A DNA stretch of 64,000 nt from Amoebidium appalachense (lineage: Eukaryota > Protista > Ichthyosporea), in the NCBI GenBank assembly GCA_963693365.1, contig CAVNZM010000001.1:823245-887244 (forward strand), read 5' to 3'. The notes beneath the pieces are model-generated. The model was given only the letters and a program-made list of their open reading frames with translations. It had not been told where the DNA came from and made no database searches. Below are positions 22,962 to 34,804 of the stretch, piece after piece. Position 1 is the stretch's first letter; each line of letters opens with the position of its first letter. Both the position numbers and the translations under genes were made by a program.

Positions 22962-24225
22962 TCAATCGAGAATGTCCCGCACACAAAGTCGGGCACGATG
23001 GGTGACGTGACTCGGGCCAGGGAGGGGCTTGGTGAGGATGTCGGCCAAGTTGTGAGCTGACTCGACGTAGTGGACAACATCCCCACTGGCAATGTAGTCT
23101 TTGGTGTTATGGTACCGGACGGCAATGTGTTTAGTACGGTGCTTGATGCCGGTGGAGTTGACGATGGCAATGGTCGACTGGTTGTCACAATACACCTTAG
23201 TCGGAGCAAGCATGGGGCAGCCGAGTTCCTTGAAGAGGTCACGGACCCAAGCAACTTCCTGGGTGCCGGCATTGAGAGCAATCAGCTCAGCTTCGGTGGT
23301 GCTGGTGGCCGTGATGGGCTGGAGCTTGGAGTACCAGATGATGGGCATACCAGCAAACTCGATGATGTAACCGGTGGTAGACTTCTTGCTGTCAGCACAA
23401 CCAGCAAAGTCAGCACCCGTGTAGCACTCGAGTATGGGGGGCTTGGTTGCCGAGTACTTGTAGTCAATGCCTAGGTCAATGGTGCCGAGGAGGTACCGGG
23501 CCACACGACTCCCATTGAGTCTTGCCGGGGTTGGTGCTGAACCGACCAAGGAAGCCGATGGCATAGGCAATGTCGGGACGTGTGCACCGTGCCACCCAGA
23601 GAAGACGGCCGAGTAACTCACGGTAGGGCACGGTGAACGGTTGGGGGGGGCAGTCAGCCAGGGAGACGGTGGTGCCTGCAGGGATGGGTGTAGACTTGGA
23701 CTTGGCATCGGTGAGGTTGAAGTCGTGGATGATATCCATGATGCAAGACCTCTGGTGCATGTGTAGGTGATGGGGATCGGAGTGATTAATATCAACACCG
23801 AGCATACGGTCAAATGGACTCATACGACAGCTGGCCATCTTGCTGATGTGGGCAGCCAGGTCACTGGCAGCAGTAGAACCCCGGGTGTTGGTAATGGTGG
23901 AGTCGTCGACGTAGTTACCAGCCCGGACCACATCGTTGTTGGGGAAGAACCGGAGGTAGATGCACGGGTCAGTCTTAGTACGGGTCAGGCCATGGGCAAG
24001 AAGAATACCGTCGAGGAAGTCGTACCAGGCCTTGGAGGCTTGCTTGAGGCCATACAGGGCTTTCTTGAGTCTCCAGACCTTGCCAAGGGTGGCCATGGTG
24101 ATGAATCCCGGTGGCTGTTTCATGTAGATGGTCTCGGTGAGTGGGCTGTTGAGAAAGGCCGTAGACACGTCGAGTTGATGGATATCATGTCCTTCAACAA
24201 CGGCCAGAGCTAGGATAGCACGGGG
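22962..24225 (-). pseudogene. Copia B RT/RNase H fragment
   Basis: Two overlapping frames (23476-24225 and 22962-23510) homologous to the C-terminal part of 36185-40600. Confidence 0.88.
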
Positions 24226-25056
24226 TGTCATCTTCCTATGATTCACGGCAAGACTTAGAAGTTGAGTTTTATTTATGTTTATTAGTTTGTTGTAGTTTGT
24301 TTCTTTTTCCCTTTTTCCTTTCTTTCTTTCTTTCTTTCCTTTCTGTTTCCGTGTACACCGATATCTTAGATCTGTGTACATATCGAGATATTTAGCTCGC
24401 GCACACGTATTGTCGTTTGTGTCAATATCTAAATATGTCGTCCAATCAGATCTCGATTGTATTTTCCCAAATATAGTAACTTACATTCCTCATTAATTCC
24501 TTTCCCTTCCTTTCTCACGACGTAGCATTACTCTATGTTCTCCAACTATTAGGAATAATTATATTTAGACGTGTTATGTTAAGAACATGTATAAATGTAT
24601 GATGTCAACTAATAGTTACATAAGTGGTTTCATTTTGTTAAATGTTTCCGTGTTTTATTAGAAGTTACTTTCATTAGAGGATTGCGTTTTATGTTCTATG
24701 TGTCGACAGACATTTCGATCTATATATTTTACGCTCATAGTTTTCGTCTTTCTGATTGGAAAATAGAATTTTCGTTCTTTTGATTGGTTTATCGATTTCA
24801 CATTCCTGGGTATAAAAGGGACATCATCTTGGAATAAATATCAAGCAGTCGTATTCATTTCCTATGGTTCCAGAAATCGTTCCACCTCTCCGGTTGTGTT
24901 TCTCCCGTGTGTCTCTGTGTTGTGTATAACATAACACCCATCTGTGCTCTCTGCTTCCCCGTTTACCCACACAAAACAACAGGTTTACGGCCCCTTTGCA
25001 CGCTAACACACAATCTCGTTACAACCGCGAAATTCCTCCGTCTTGCTGCTTCAACC

Positions 25057-26965
25057 ATGACTGACAAACCGTCGTACATCAACCTTCCAATATGGAATCC
25101 GTCCGAGAAAAGAGATGAGAAACGTCTCAACTATTTTGAGTGGGAGTCACTCATTCACCGGTTCATAAGAACAACCATTGCCGAGAAATTCGTTGACGCT
25201 ATCAAGAGGCCACAGTGGGTTGACGGCACTGAAGCCAACCAGTGGCTAGGCTACGGCACCAAGGACTCCTACAAGAAAGCTTCCGACGTCCTCGACCAGA
25301 TCCTCAACCAGTCCGTCCATCCGACCGAGCTCTACGACTCCGGCCGGATGCAAGACGGTGTTCACGGTGGAGAAGTCTTCCACAACCTGCGTATGGCGTA
25401 TGTGGCAGAGAAGGAGGCCCGAGTCACCCAGATTCAAGTCACCTACGAGGAGCTTGAACTAAGAGACTACCCTAACGTCACAGCGTACCTCACCCGCCTC
25501 CAACGTCTGGCTACGACACTTGCCTGCCTCGACGAGCCCGTCCAGCACAAGGATGTCGTACGCAAGTTCTTCCTTCACCTCCGCAAGAACACGGCCCTGG
25601 TCTGCACTGACATTGAACGTCTCTACTTCGACTACTGGATGAACAACAAGGCCTACCCGTCATTCAACCAGCTCATCAGTGACATCCGAGGAGCTGAAAT
25701 CCGTCCTTCCTCCAAGTCACCCGGCCCCCGTTCAACTTCCCCTTACCCCCGTGGTAACAGGGACAACCGTAACCGACAGCACAACAACAAGAGAGTGGAG
25801 TGTTCCTACTGCCATGAACCCCACCACATCACATCATGCCCAGAGCCTGGCTGTGCTGTTGCTCGTCGTGCCAAGCAGGAGAAAGGCAACAAGAGTGTGC
25901 AATTTGCACTCATCTCCTCCACCGGCACACCATACCGTGACGACCCCGTCTGGGACAGTGCTTGTAATGCACACATCTGCCCCATCAAGGAGTATTTCTC
26001 CTCCCTTACCCCGTGTCCCCCCACCCCTATTCACGGCCTTGGCACCGTCAATGCCACACACCGTGGCATCATCAACCTGACACTGCACTACAACGGCCAC
26101 TCAACCCCGTGCAGCATCAATGCTCTCTACGTACCCGAGTCACCGTCCTTCCTCGTGTCTGCCTCCATGGCCTCAACTGCCGGCCTCCTTGGTCATTGTG
26201 ACGATGCAGACACCCACCCGTCGTTCCTCTACAGCCGTGATGGTGACATTATTTCCGACCTCACCCCCCTCAACGGTCTCTACTACATCACTGACTACGT
26301 GATTGACACTCCTCAACACCCGTGGGTCCAACCCTACACAGCAAGGACTCAACCAACCGACGACCTCACCCTTTGGCACAACCGTCTCGGCCACCGTGCC
26401 CTATCCACCGTCACCAGAATGGCCAAGGATGAGCTTGTCATCGGCATGCCCCCCTCCCTCAAGTCACCCGACCACAGTGACTGCTTCGGCTGCATGTCTG
26501 GCAAGACCACCAAGGCTCCATTTCCCGGCACCCGTTCCCGTTTCACCATCCCCGGTGCTAAGTGGCACCTGGACTTCTTCGAAGCTCCCTGTGCTTCCTA
26601 CGGAGGCTACAAGGTTGCTCTGGTGTGTGTTTGTGATGCCACCGGTTACACCACCGTGTTCCCCCTCTACAACCGTGCTGAAACCCTCAGCTACATTCAG
26701 TCTCTCGTTGAAACCGTCGAACGTCAGACCCCTGAGATCGTCACCCATCTTCGGTTTGACTCCGGCTCCGAGTTCACATCCAAGGACACCGAGGCCTACT
26801 GCAAGCAGAAAGGCATCATCATGGAGTTTGCCCCTTGTCGACACACCACAGAACAACGGTGTTGTTGAACGGAAGATGAGAGACCTGCAAGAGACAGTCT
26901 GTTGCTTCCTCCATGCCAACAAGGACCAACCTCTCTCCCCCAAGTTGTGGGTTGCTGCTCTCAAG
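25057..26965 (+). pseudogene. Copia A gag-protease-integrase (5' part)
   Basis: Zinc knuckle; WDSAC; WHNRLGH..CFGC; WHLDFFE; RFDSGSEF; frameshift near 26835, then PQNNGVVERKMR. Confidence 0.88.
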
Positions 26966-28116
26966 CATCAGCAATCTTGTCGAATCCATCCATAAGCCAT
27001 CTAAGACGTCAGCATCTAATCAAAGTCATCTACATCCCACCCTTTAACCCTATCTACCCCATATCCCATCGAAAAGATGTCAGGATATTTTCGGACCATT
27101 TAAAGACGACTTTCAAGTTATCATAAAGATGTCTGGAAATTTCCTGACATCTTTATATACATTTTTCCTGACATCGTTTTCTACACCTAAACCTAACCAC
27201 TACCCATCCGTAACCCCACCCAATCCCCACCTTTTCTACCCCTAAAATATAGGTATCGTATGATCCTGCACATCAAGACCCTTTTATGTCATCTTTAAGG
27301 CCACTTTAAAGAGCTTAAATAAGAAATTAAGGCAACAAACAGACATCTAAACGATATCGTTAAAGGGACATCATGTACATTACCTTATTGCAACGAGAGG
27401 TGATTTAGAGGTCTTCATGTTGACTTTTCTGCATCTAAAAGGGCACATAAGGAGAACTAAATGTTGCCTTTACAGTATCTCGGGGCATCGGAATCCTTAT
27501 TTCACGATGCCTTTATGTCATCAAACGGATCTGTTGCCGACCATACAAAGATACCTTTTGGATCACTCTACATGATCTTTATTTCATGCAGACCGATTCA
27601 CGACATACACATGTCACCTTTATGTTTACTTTGTGACAACTTGTGCAGCATAATAAGTCGACAAAACGATCACTACAAGCAATTTAATATGATCATTATA
27701 CTGTATTCTAATCGTCCAAAAATCTATATTAAAGCATCATTTTGTGCCCCGGTTGATGCCAAGATGATGTCAGTTCCCCCCCCCCCCCCCCCCCCCCTCC
27801 CTTTCCCTTTCCTCCCCGTGGCTGCACAGTGAAGTGTCGTTGACCGTGCTGAACAATCTTTAATTTCTTATGACACGTCCCACTGGGACGTGTCTCCACT
27901 CTTTACATCTACGGGATGTCCCACTGGGACACCCCTCTACTGTCTCAACTATTCAAAACATTAAAATTCAAGAAAAGAAACACTATAAATTTATGAGAAA
28001 AAAACAAACTAAACAAAGTAAACAAACTTGCAAAATAAAATCCAAAATAATCCCCTACAAAAAAGGGGCAGTACATTTCTTGGGGGGAAGGGGGAGGGGG
28101 GGGGGGAGGTGGGGGG

Positions 28117-30404
28117 CTAAGGGGTGAATTTGGGCTTTTTGTGGGGGCTGGCATGACCCTGTTGGCGCCTTCTCTTCATCGCCGACCTGGTAAGGGGGGT
28201 CTCTCCCTCAGCCTCGTTGAACTCAGCCGGAGAGTCCTCACCTTGAAACTCAGCCGCCTCCTCCTCCACCCCCTCCACCTGCTGCACGGCCTCGCTGTCA
28301 CCCTCCGTGCCGCCCACAGCGACATCCTCGCCCTCCTTGCCGACCTTGGCCGCGTCCGTCTCGTTTTCACGTTGGTCCACCTTGGGGTCTGGGGCCTCCT
28401 TGTGCAGAGACGCGGCCTCCTTAGCGGCCTGCTCCTCCCGCTCCCGCTCCCGCTCCGCCAGTGCCTCTGCCTCCCTCTCCGCATCGGCCTCCTCCTGCTG
28501 CCTGCGCAACTCCTCCCCAGCCTCCCGCTCGGCTGTCACCATCTGGTCCTTCACGTAGTTGTCGTAGTTTGAGATGTACTGCAGGTAATGGCGGGCACAG
28601 AGTCAGATGCTTTACAGAAGTCAGTCTAGAAAACTTTTTCCAACTATGTGATTGTGTTGTTTGTGTTTTTTTTTTTTTTACGGGGGGGGGGGGGGGGGGG
28701 GGGGGGTTTGCAGATGTGAACAAAGAAGTCTTTTATAAAACAGAACAGACTAAATGCTAACTAGCTCGAGTGTCGGCACGCTATAGTGTAGTAAGCCATA
28801 ATCACACCATAAGGGGGGGGGGGGGGGTAGGAATTATAATGAACTTAGCGTAAGTCTCGTGAGCCATGATGAAACACCCCACAGCTCAAGTGTCAGCATC
28901 CTATTGCCTAGCCAAAAGGGGGAGGGGGGGGGGGGGGGGGGGGGGGGACCCACCAACTTGATGTTGCCTTCGGCCGCAGCACCGTCATAGTTGGGGTCGT
29001 CACATTCGAATTTCACGGGGGTCCACTTGTTGATGAGCTTGTGTTGGTTGGGGTCTCGCAGCGACACCTCGAAGCAGTTGACGACCAGCCGGAAGAATGC
29101 CCTGTGGTCTCTGGCGATATCCTGCCCAGTGCTTCTTTAGTGATCTGTTTTCAAAAGAGGTAAAGTTCGGAAGGAATACACATAAGGAAGAGAAGAGGAG
29201 AGACAGATAATGTTGTCGTCATATGGTCTTACTGACATCCAATGGATGTCATTAGGATCATATGACGACAACATTATGGCCCTTCATGATGTAAGAATGT
29301 GACCGTAATTCTCTATGATGATGCTTAAAACTGTCTTTATTCTTGAAATATTCCAAGCATTTGCAGACCTAGGAATATGCATCAATTTTTTTTCGATTCG
29401 ATTCGTGGAATGTTCATGGTGGAGGGGAGCGGGGGGGGGGGGGGGGGGGGGGGGAAGAAAGCGTTATGCAAGTAAATATATACGATGAAAGCAAGTTATT
29501 TGGGAAGTTAAACCGGTGATCAGAGGAGAACGTGGAAGGGTGAAAGGGAGTGTGTGTGTGTGTATGTGTGTGTACACACGTGTGTTGGTTGAAGAGCGAG
29601 TATGTGTGAGTGGGTGGTGGGCAGGAGGGAAGGGGGGGGGGGGGGGGGGGGGTCCTTTGATGTAGTCTAGACTCAGAATGTGTTGAAAGTGATTTGTTGG
29701 GGACATTACATACCAAGGCAGTCTTGTTGCCAAGGACAAGCCGCACAGCCTTCAATGAGATGCTGCTGAACAGGCGGGAAAACGGCTGGTACCCGAACGG
29801 GTTGCCCGTTTCAGGGTCGACAGAGTACACGCGGCCGCACGGCTGGCCATTCAGCTTGACCTCATCCAGGAGGGCCAGCCACAGCGCTGGTCGCTCATCG
29901 GCAGTTGGGGCGTAGGCGACCAGCTGTGAATGTGTGTTTGAATGCAGCAAAAGAAAGGAAACAGAAGCGAGTGGTGGTGAAGCAGGTGGCGGTGGCGTTG
30001 TGGGGGGGGGGGGGGGGAGGAGGGGGGGGGGGGGGGTTAGTTAGTCCATGATTGTGTATTACAGAAGACTGTCAATAAAATATTATATAAATACAATGAA
30101 AAGAAAGTATTATTACTACATTACTACTTGAAACAGCTACATATCTCCATCCCTGTACAAATGACGTTAATGGCATACAAGTAGATTAGAACAAAACAGC
30201 TACATATCTCCATCCCTGTACAAATGACGTTAATGGCATACAAGTAGATTAGAACAAAACAGCTACATATCTCCATCCCTGTACAAATGACGTTAATGGC
30301 ATACAAGTAGATTAGAACAAAGTAACCTGTGTGCTAGGATGCGTGTGAGAAGAGTTAAGCCCATTGTCATAGAAGGAGTCCGTTGAGTACGGAGGCGGGG
30401 GGAC

Positions 30405-30443
<39 letters not shown>

Positions 30444-33353
30444 ATACATCGAGATTGGTCCCAGGTACAACGTACCCAGTCCTCAGGAAGTTGCGGACGT
30501 GCTGGTGGACATTGGACTTGATGGAGGTGATGCCCGTGCGGATTTTGGAGATATACTATTTCTGTGCGGGATCGCTACGCACACAGTTGCGGATGATGTG
30601 GACCCACTTGGCCACGGCCTCCTGATTCAGCTTCGCGCTTGACGTCTCGACTTTCTGAAGAACCTCAACGAACTTTCCAGCCAGGTCCCCATCGTGGGCG
30701 TTGTTGATCTGGGGTGACTCCAGCACAAGGTGCTGGTAGATGTTGTGGGTCTTGGAGGACTTTTCCACATAGTCATTCTGACGGTGATGGAAAATGTTAG
30801 AAAACAAGAATGACGATGTGAATAAATCTTGATGGAGCTATAAATCCTCCATGCTGGAAACGTGCTGTAGCAGTTGCTTTGAAATGACCAAGTTTGAATA
30901 GTTCCTTCAGTTTATCCACTTAGACAGAATAAGGGTGTGGATGTAGTAAGGATGGGTTTAGTGCGGGTAGGGGGGATGAATGCATTAGGAGGTGGCAGCA
31001 TGAGGTGGTGGGATGGCAACAATTCCTCCACAAGGATGAGCTTTGATCACAGAGATTGGTGGGGGGAGGGTTGTTTGAAACATAACTACTACAATAGGTA
31101 AGAGAAACAAAATCAAAACGAAACCAAGGGAGGGATAGGTTGCCTACCAGGAACTGGGTGGTCTCCTGAAAGGATAATGTCTCGGGGTGTTTCTTGGAGG
31201 GGGAGGGGGTTGGGCGACGGGAAGGGGTGGTAGGGGTGCGGCCCAGCCCAGGCGCAGATGGAGACGGAGGCGGCTCTGGATCATCAAGCACTGGCAGTCT
31301 CGCCTCCTTGCCCAGGAGGGCGCGCAACTGCTCCCTCATGGCGGCGCGACTGTAGGAGCGGATGAGCTTTCGCATCCTCTGGGAGGTGTAGGTTGGGTGC
31401 TTGCCCGACAACACCAGTGTGTAAAAAAGGACCTCGAGCTGATCCTCGCGGTTGTAGGGGCATTCATCCTCGTCGTTGAAGTTGTTCTCGTCATCTTCCT
31501 GGACTTCTGTGACTGAAGAATAGTAGGACTAATGTTAGTACAATTGTTGGAATCGTAGAAAACTAACAGAAGTGCGGAAACAGGGCAACCCTGGCAACAG
31601 ATAGTATTTTCCGGCATGATCCAGATAACTATTGGAGGTCATCATATGACCCAAAACACCACCGAATCCCCCCCTTTCCCAACCATTTCTACACCAAAAA
31701 TGATCTATCGTATGGATATCCCCATCAACATATCGTGGGTGAATGCGGAGGTTTCGAAAACACAAAAGAACTAGTTGACGTGGACAGGCGAGTGGGGGGA
31801 GCGAGTAAACCACACTAGCAGCAGGTGTGTTTAGAAAGAGTGGAGTGGGTGAAGGGAGAGTATATAAACGGAGGGGGAGGGGGGGGGGGGGGAGGGTTGA
31901 ATGCAGTCAACAGAACAAAAGTACAAATACAACGGGGAGTGTGGGTGGGTGAGTGCGGGGGGGGGGGGGGGGGGTTTGACCAATAGCAACGGCTATGTTT
32001 TCCTGTGTAACTGACTGGAATCCCGCTATCATGTTCTCCACACTAGGCAAGAAGTGTTCCCGACACTCGCACGTGGGATACAGCGCAAGCTGGTCGATCC
32101 AGAGAAAAGTTGCGGTGTTCACTGCTAGCGCAATGTTCGGGCCAACCTGAAAGCCATAGTGAAGCGCTCCAGGTGTGGTTTGTACCAAGTCGCCGGCGCG
32201 CTGTACGACTATGACAGGTGCCAACCCTATGGATGCAAGGTAACGCGGAGACCGAGGGATATAATTTTTGTGCTGAAGTGGGTTTCTGCACGAGCCTGGC
32301 AATTCGTTGCGGGCCAGCTGTAAGAGCCGTTTGTACTGGGAGGGAGGGTGGATAAACCACACCTTAATGCCCCACAAAAGAAGGCTTGCTGAGGCCAGCG
32401 CGGCATCTTCAATGTGTGCACCAAACACTGTTAAACCCAAGACAGACAACTGCACGTACAACATGGCAACATTGATTCCTGGCATTGTTTCCCCGAAATG
32501 ATTTCTTCCCAACGGCGTGAAGTCACTGATTGCAGTTACATTGAAAACACGTTCGTCGAATATTTGATCACCATCCACCTCGACATCGGATGCATAGACA
32601 CCACCAACACCTTCCAGGTTTTCCTCAAACAACTGCGCTATCTGCTCACTGCTCATTTCACCCAAACCACTAACATCTTGAGGCAACGTTTGACACTTGG
32701 AAAGGTCCACGCTGACAGGCTCCCGGCTTATCTCGCACCATGACTCGGACACGCGAGTTACTGTTTGCCTACACGCTTGCTCTTTTATCTCTTTGGTCGA
32801 AAACTGTTCCATCGCATCACGAAAAGGAACAGGAGGTGCAAACCCCTCTAATAAACAACAGCCCTCCCGTTTCTCTTCAGCACTGTGCAGGGCACGAAGT
32901 GCCTTTAAAGCCTTTTCCCTATTCATGAAAGACGAAGCGCAATGTTGTTTTTATGTTTGAAGATTTTAAAAGTTTTTGATGTTACAGTGAGAAAGCCTAG
33001 GTGAAACTGACAACGAGCACACGCGTAACGACTATTTATGCAGCAGGGGGTGTAAAACACAAACACAACCCACCTTTCCTCTTCGGCTGCAGCATGGCGA
33101 GGGCGGCCGGGGCCGTAACTGAGGTGATGCCTTTGAGGAGAATGCCGACTGACTGCCCAGTAGGGCTTTCAGCCTTGCTGGGATTCTCCCTGCCCCTACC
33201 CCCGGCCTTGCTATCCTTGCCGCCCTTGCCGCCCTTGCCGCCCTTGCTGGCGGCCACGGGCTCGCTGCAGTCCGAGTCGTCGAACGGCGTCTCAACCTTT
33301 TTGCGCTTGGGAAGCTTGGTCGTTGTGGCGCCCATTTTCGCGGTCTTTGGCAT
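28117..33353 (-). CDS. Six-exon unknown accessory gene of the transposon (~605 codons, one in-frame TAG)
   Basis: Exons 33353-33074, 31512-31148, 30777-30448, 29923-29714, 29121-28954 and 28578-28117 have GT-AG borders and matching phases (1,0,0,0,0). Basic N-terminus (PKRKKV), acidic coiled-coil tail ending KRRR..KKPK; TAG at 30556-30558. Confidence 0.65.
30131..30320. repeat. 63-bp tandem repeat x3 (intronic)
   Basis: aaacagctacatatctccatccctgtacaaatgacgttaatggcatacaagtagattagaaca repeated three times. Confidence 0.9.
31907..32926 (-). CDS. JmjC-domain protein, KDM4/JMJD2 (Rph1)-like histone demethylase
   Basis: VYASDV, PGIN..LY, FGAHIED (HxE), WGIKVWF.HPP, C..PLQHK, VVQRAGDLVQTTPGALHYGF..GPN.ALAVN.AT..W and CEC run colinear with the KDM4 catalytic core, including Fe and Zn ligands. 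Confidence 0.88.
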   Translation of the reverse strand: MNREKALKALRALHSAEEKREGCCLLEGFAPPVPFRDAMEQFSTKEIKEQACRQTVTRVSESWCEISREPVSVDLSKCQTLPQDVSGLGEMSSEQIAQLFEENLEGVGGVYASDVEVDGDQIFDERVFNVTAISDFTPLGRNHFGETMPGINVAMLYVQLSVLGLTVFGAHIEDAALASASLLLWGIKVWFIHPPSQYKRLLQLARNELPGSCRNPLQHKNYIPRSPRYLASIGLAPVIVVQRAGDLVQTTPGALHYGFQVGPNIALAVNTATFLWIDQLALYPTCECREHFLPSVENMIAGFQSVTQENIAVAIGQTPPPPPRTHPPTLPVVFVLLFC

Positions 33354-34804
33354 GGTGGAGACGTGGAAGGCGTAAGCGCGAGACAGAGCGATGACGATAT
33401 GTGGTCATATGGACCACAAAGATGTGTTATGTGGGGTTTCTGTTGCAGTTCCGGTTGGGAAATGGATTGCAATCGTATGCCCATGAAAACATTTTAATTG
33501 GTTGATCATCGCATAAGCTGAAGCCAATCAAACGCGTAACCCAATCACAGACGGCGAAAACATATGATATGTTTTCCCCCCACACCACCTGCAATTTGCT
33601 GAGGTTGGACCCTGGTCATCAAGACTTCTTGGCCATAAAATGACAATACAATTACAGCAAAACATTCTGCAGAAACCCGATATTCTCACATTTAAAGTGT
33701 TTATAAAAAGCCTTAGTTTCAAGTAGAGGCATTTTTTTTTCTTGCTTTGTGTCGACGACATCTTTTATCCGCTTGAAATTTGTCAGCACCCATAATTCTA
33801 CTATTACAGTACGTTGTATGTGGGGATCACCATCCGTCTTTCCTGTTTTAACTCGCGCTGAGGCAGAAGTTATAAGAAGCAGACGGGGAAAACTCAGCAT
33901 AAGAGATCAATGAAATGAACATAAATATTAAATTACCAGACAATTTACAGTGCAAATTTTCTAGTAATTTCTAACGTCCATTACGAAAGAAAATAACCAA
34001 CTTTTGACTTGCACCTGTTTTCCCTGCCGCGCTCAGGTATGTGGGTCTATCGGATGGGAAGGTGTGGACTGACATTGAGCTTATCGAGTCGAGTGGCCGA
34101 GGAGAAGAGATTAATATGATACTATTGGATTTAATAGTTGAACTCTTCTGCATTTTTTATTGTTTTTTTGTATTTTTTACACTGTCCACATTTATTGACA
34201 CTTATATAAGGACCGAACGATTAGGTAGGCTATGCCAGTGGATTCCCATGTTTACGAAGTGCGCGCGCTGCCTAGAGTGGCCACAGTATGCATGACAGAT
34301 CACCAATGATATTTGCAACGCAGCAAACCAAACAACACCAGGTCGTTGAAATCTCCACGGTTGTTCTAATAACACATTCAGCTTGTATATTTACTTTTAA
34401 GTTTGTTATTTTTTATGTCAATGTCAATATGGGCATGCGCACCTAGTAGCACAGTGTTGGACGAGCAACGCAGCATGATAGAGTTTATGCCATAGCAGAC
34501 CAATCGCCGCATTGGAACTATCCGAGTACGTGATAAATGTCCAATCACCACGATTAGGATTATTGGACATCTTCATGTTGTAGGAAACACCACCCGGGGG
34601 TCAACGCGGACTCCACGACATCAGGCAAGGGACATCATGATCAACACAACCCATCCACATGATCCCAGCTGGACGCAAGGAATATCTTATATAAAATATA
34701 TATTATATACATGTTTTAAAATTTGAGCACTGAAACGCGGCCATACACCCATATGCCAAGACTGGGGGGGGGGCCTGGGGAGCGAGGACTCGGAAATGGA
34801 GATC

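Larger units (their letters stand above)
18018..24225 (-). mobile_element. Copia B copy: 3' LTR (18018-18858 plus 22411-22505), PPT and RT/RNase H, interrupted at 24226 by Copia A3
   Basis: B2 LTR homology; taggered PPT-side tcccca junction at 22506; RT/RH motifs LKKALYGLKQA, YVDD, ADFAG, HRTKHIAVRYH and NLADILTKPL with frameshifts. Confidence 0.88.
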
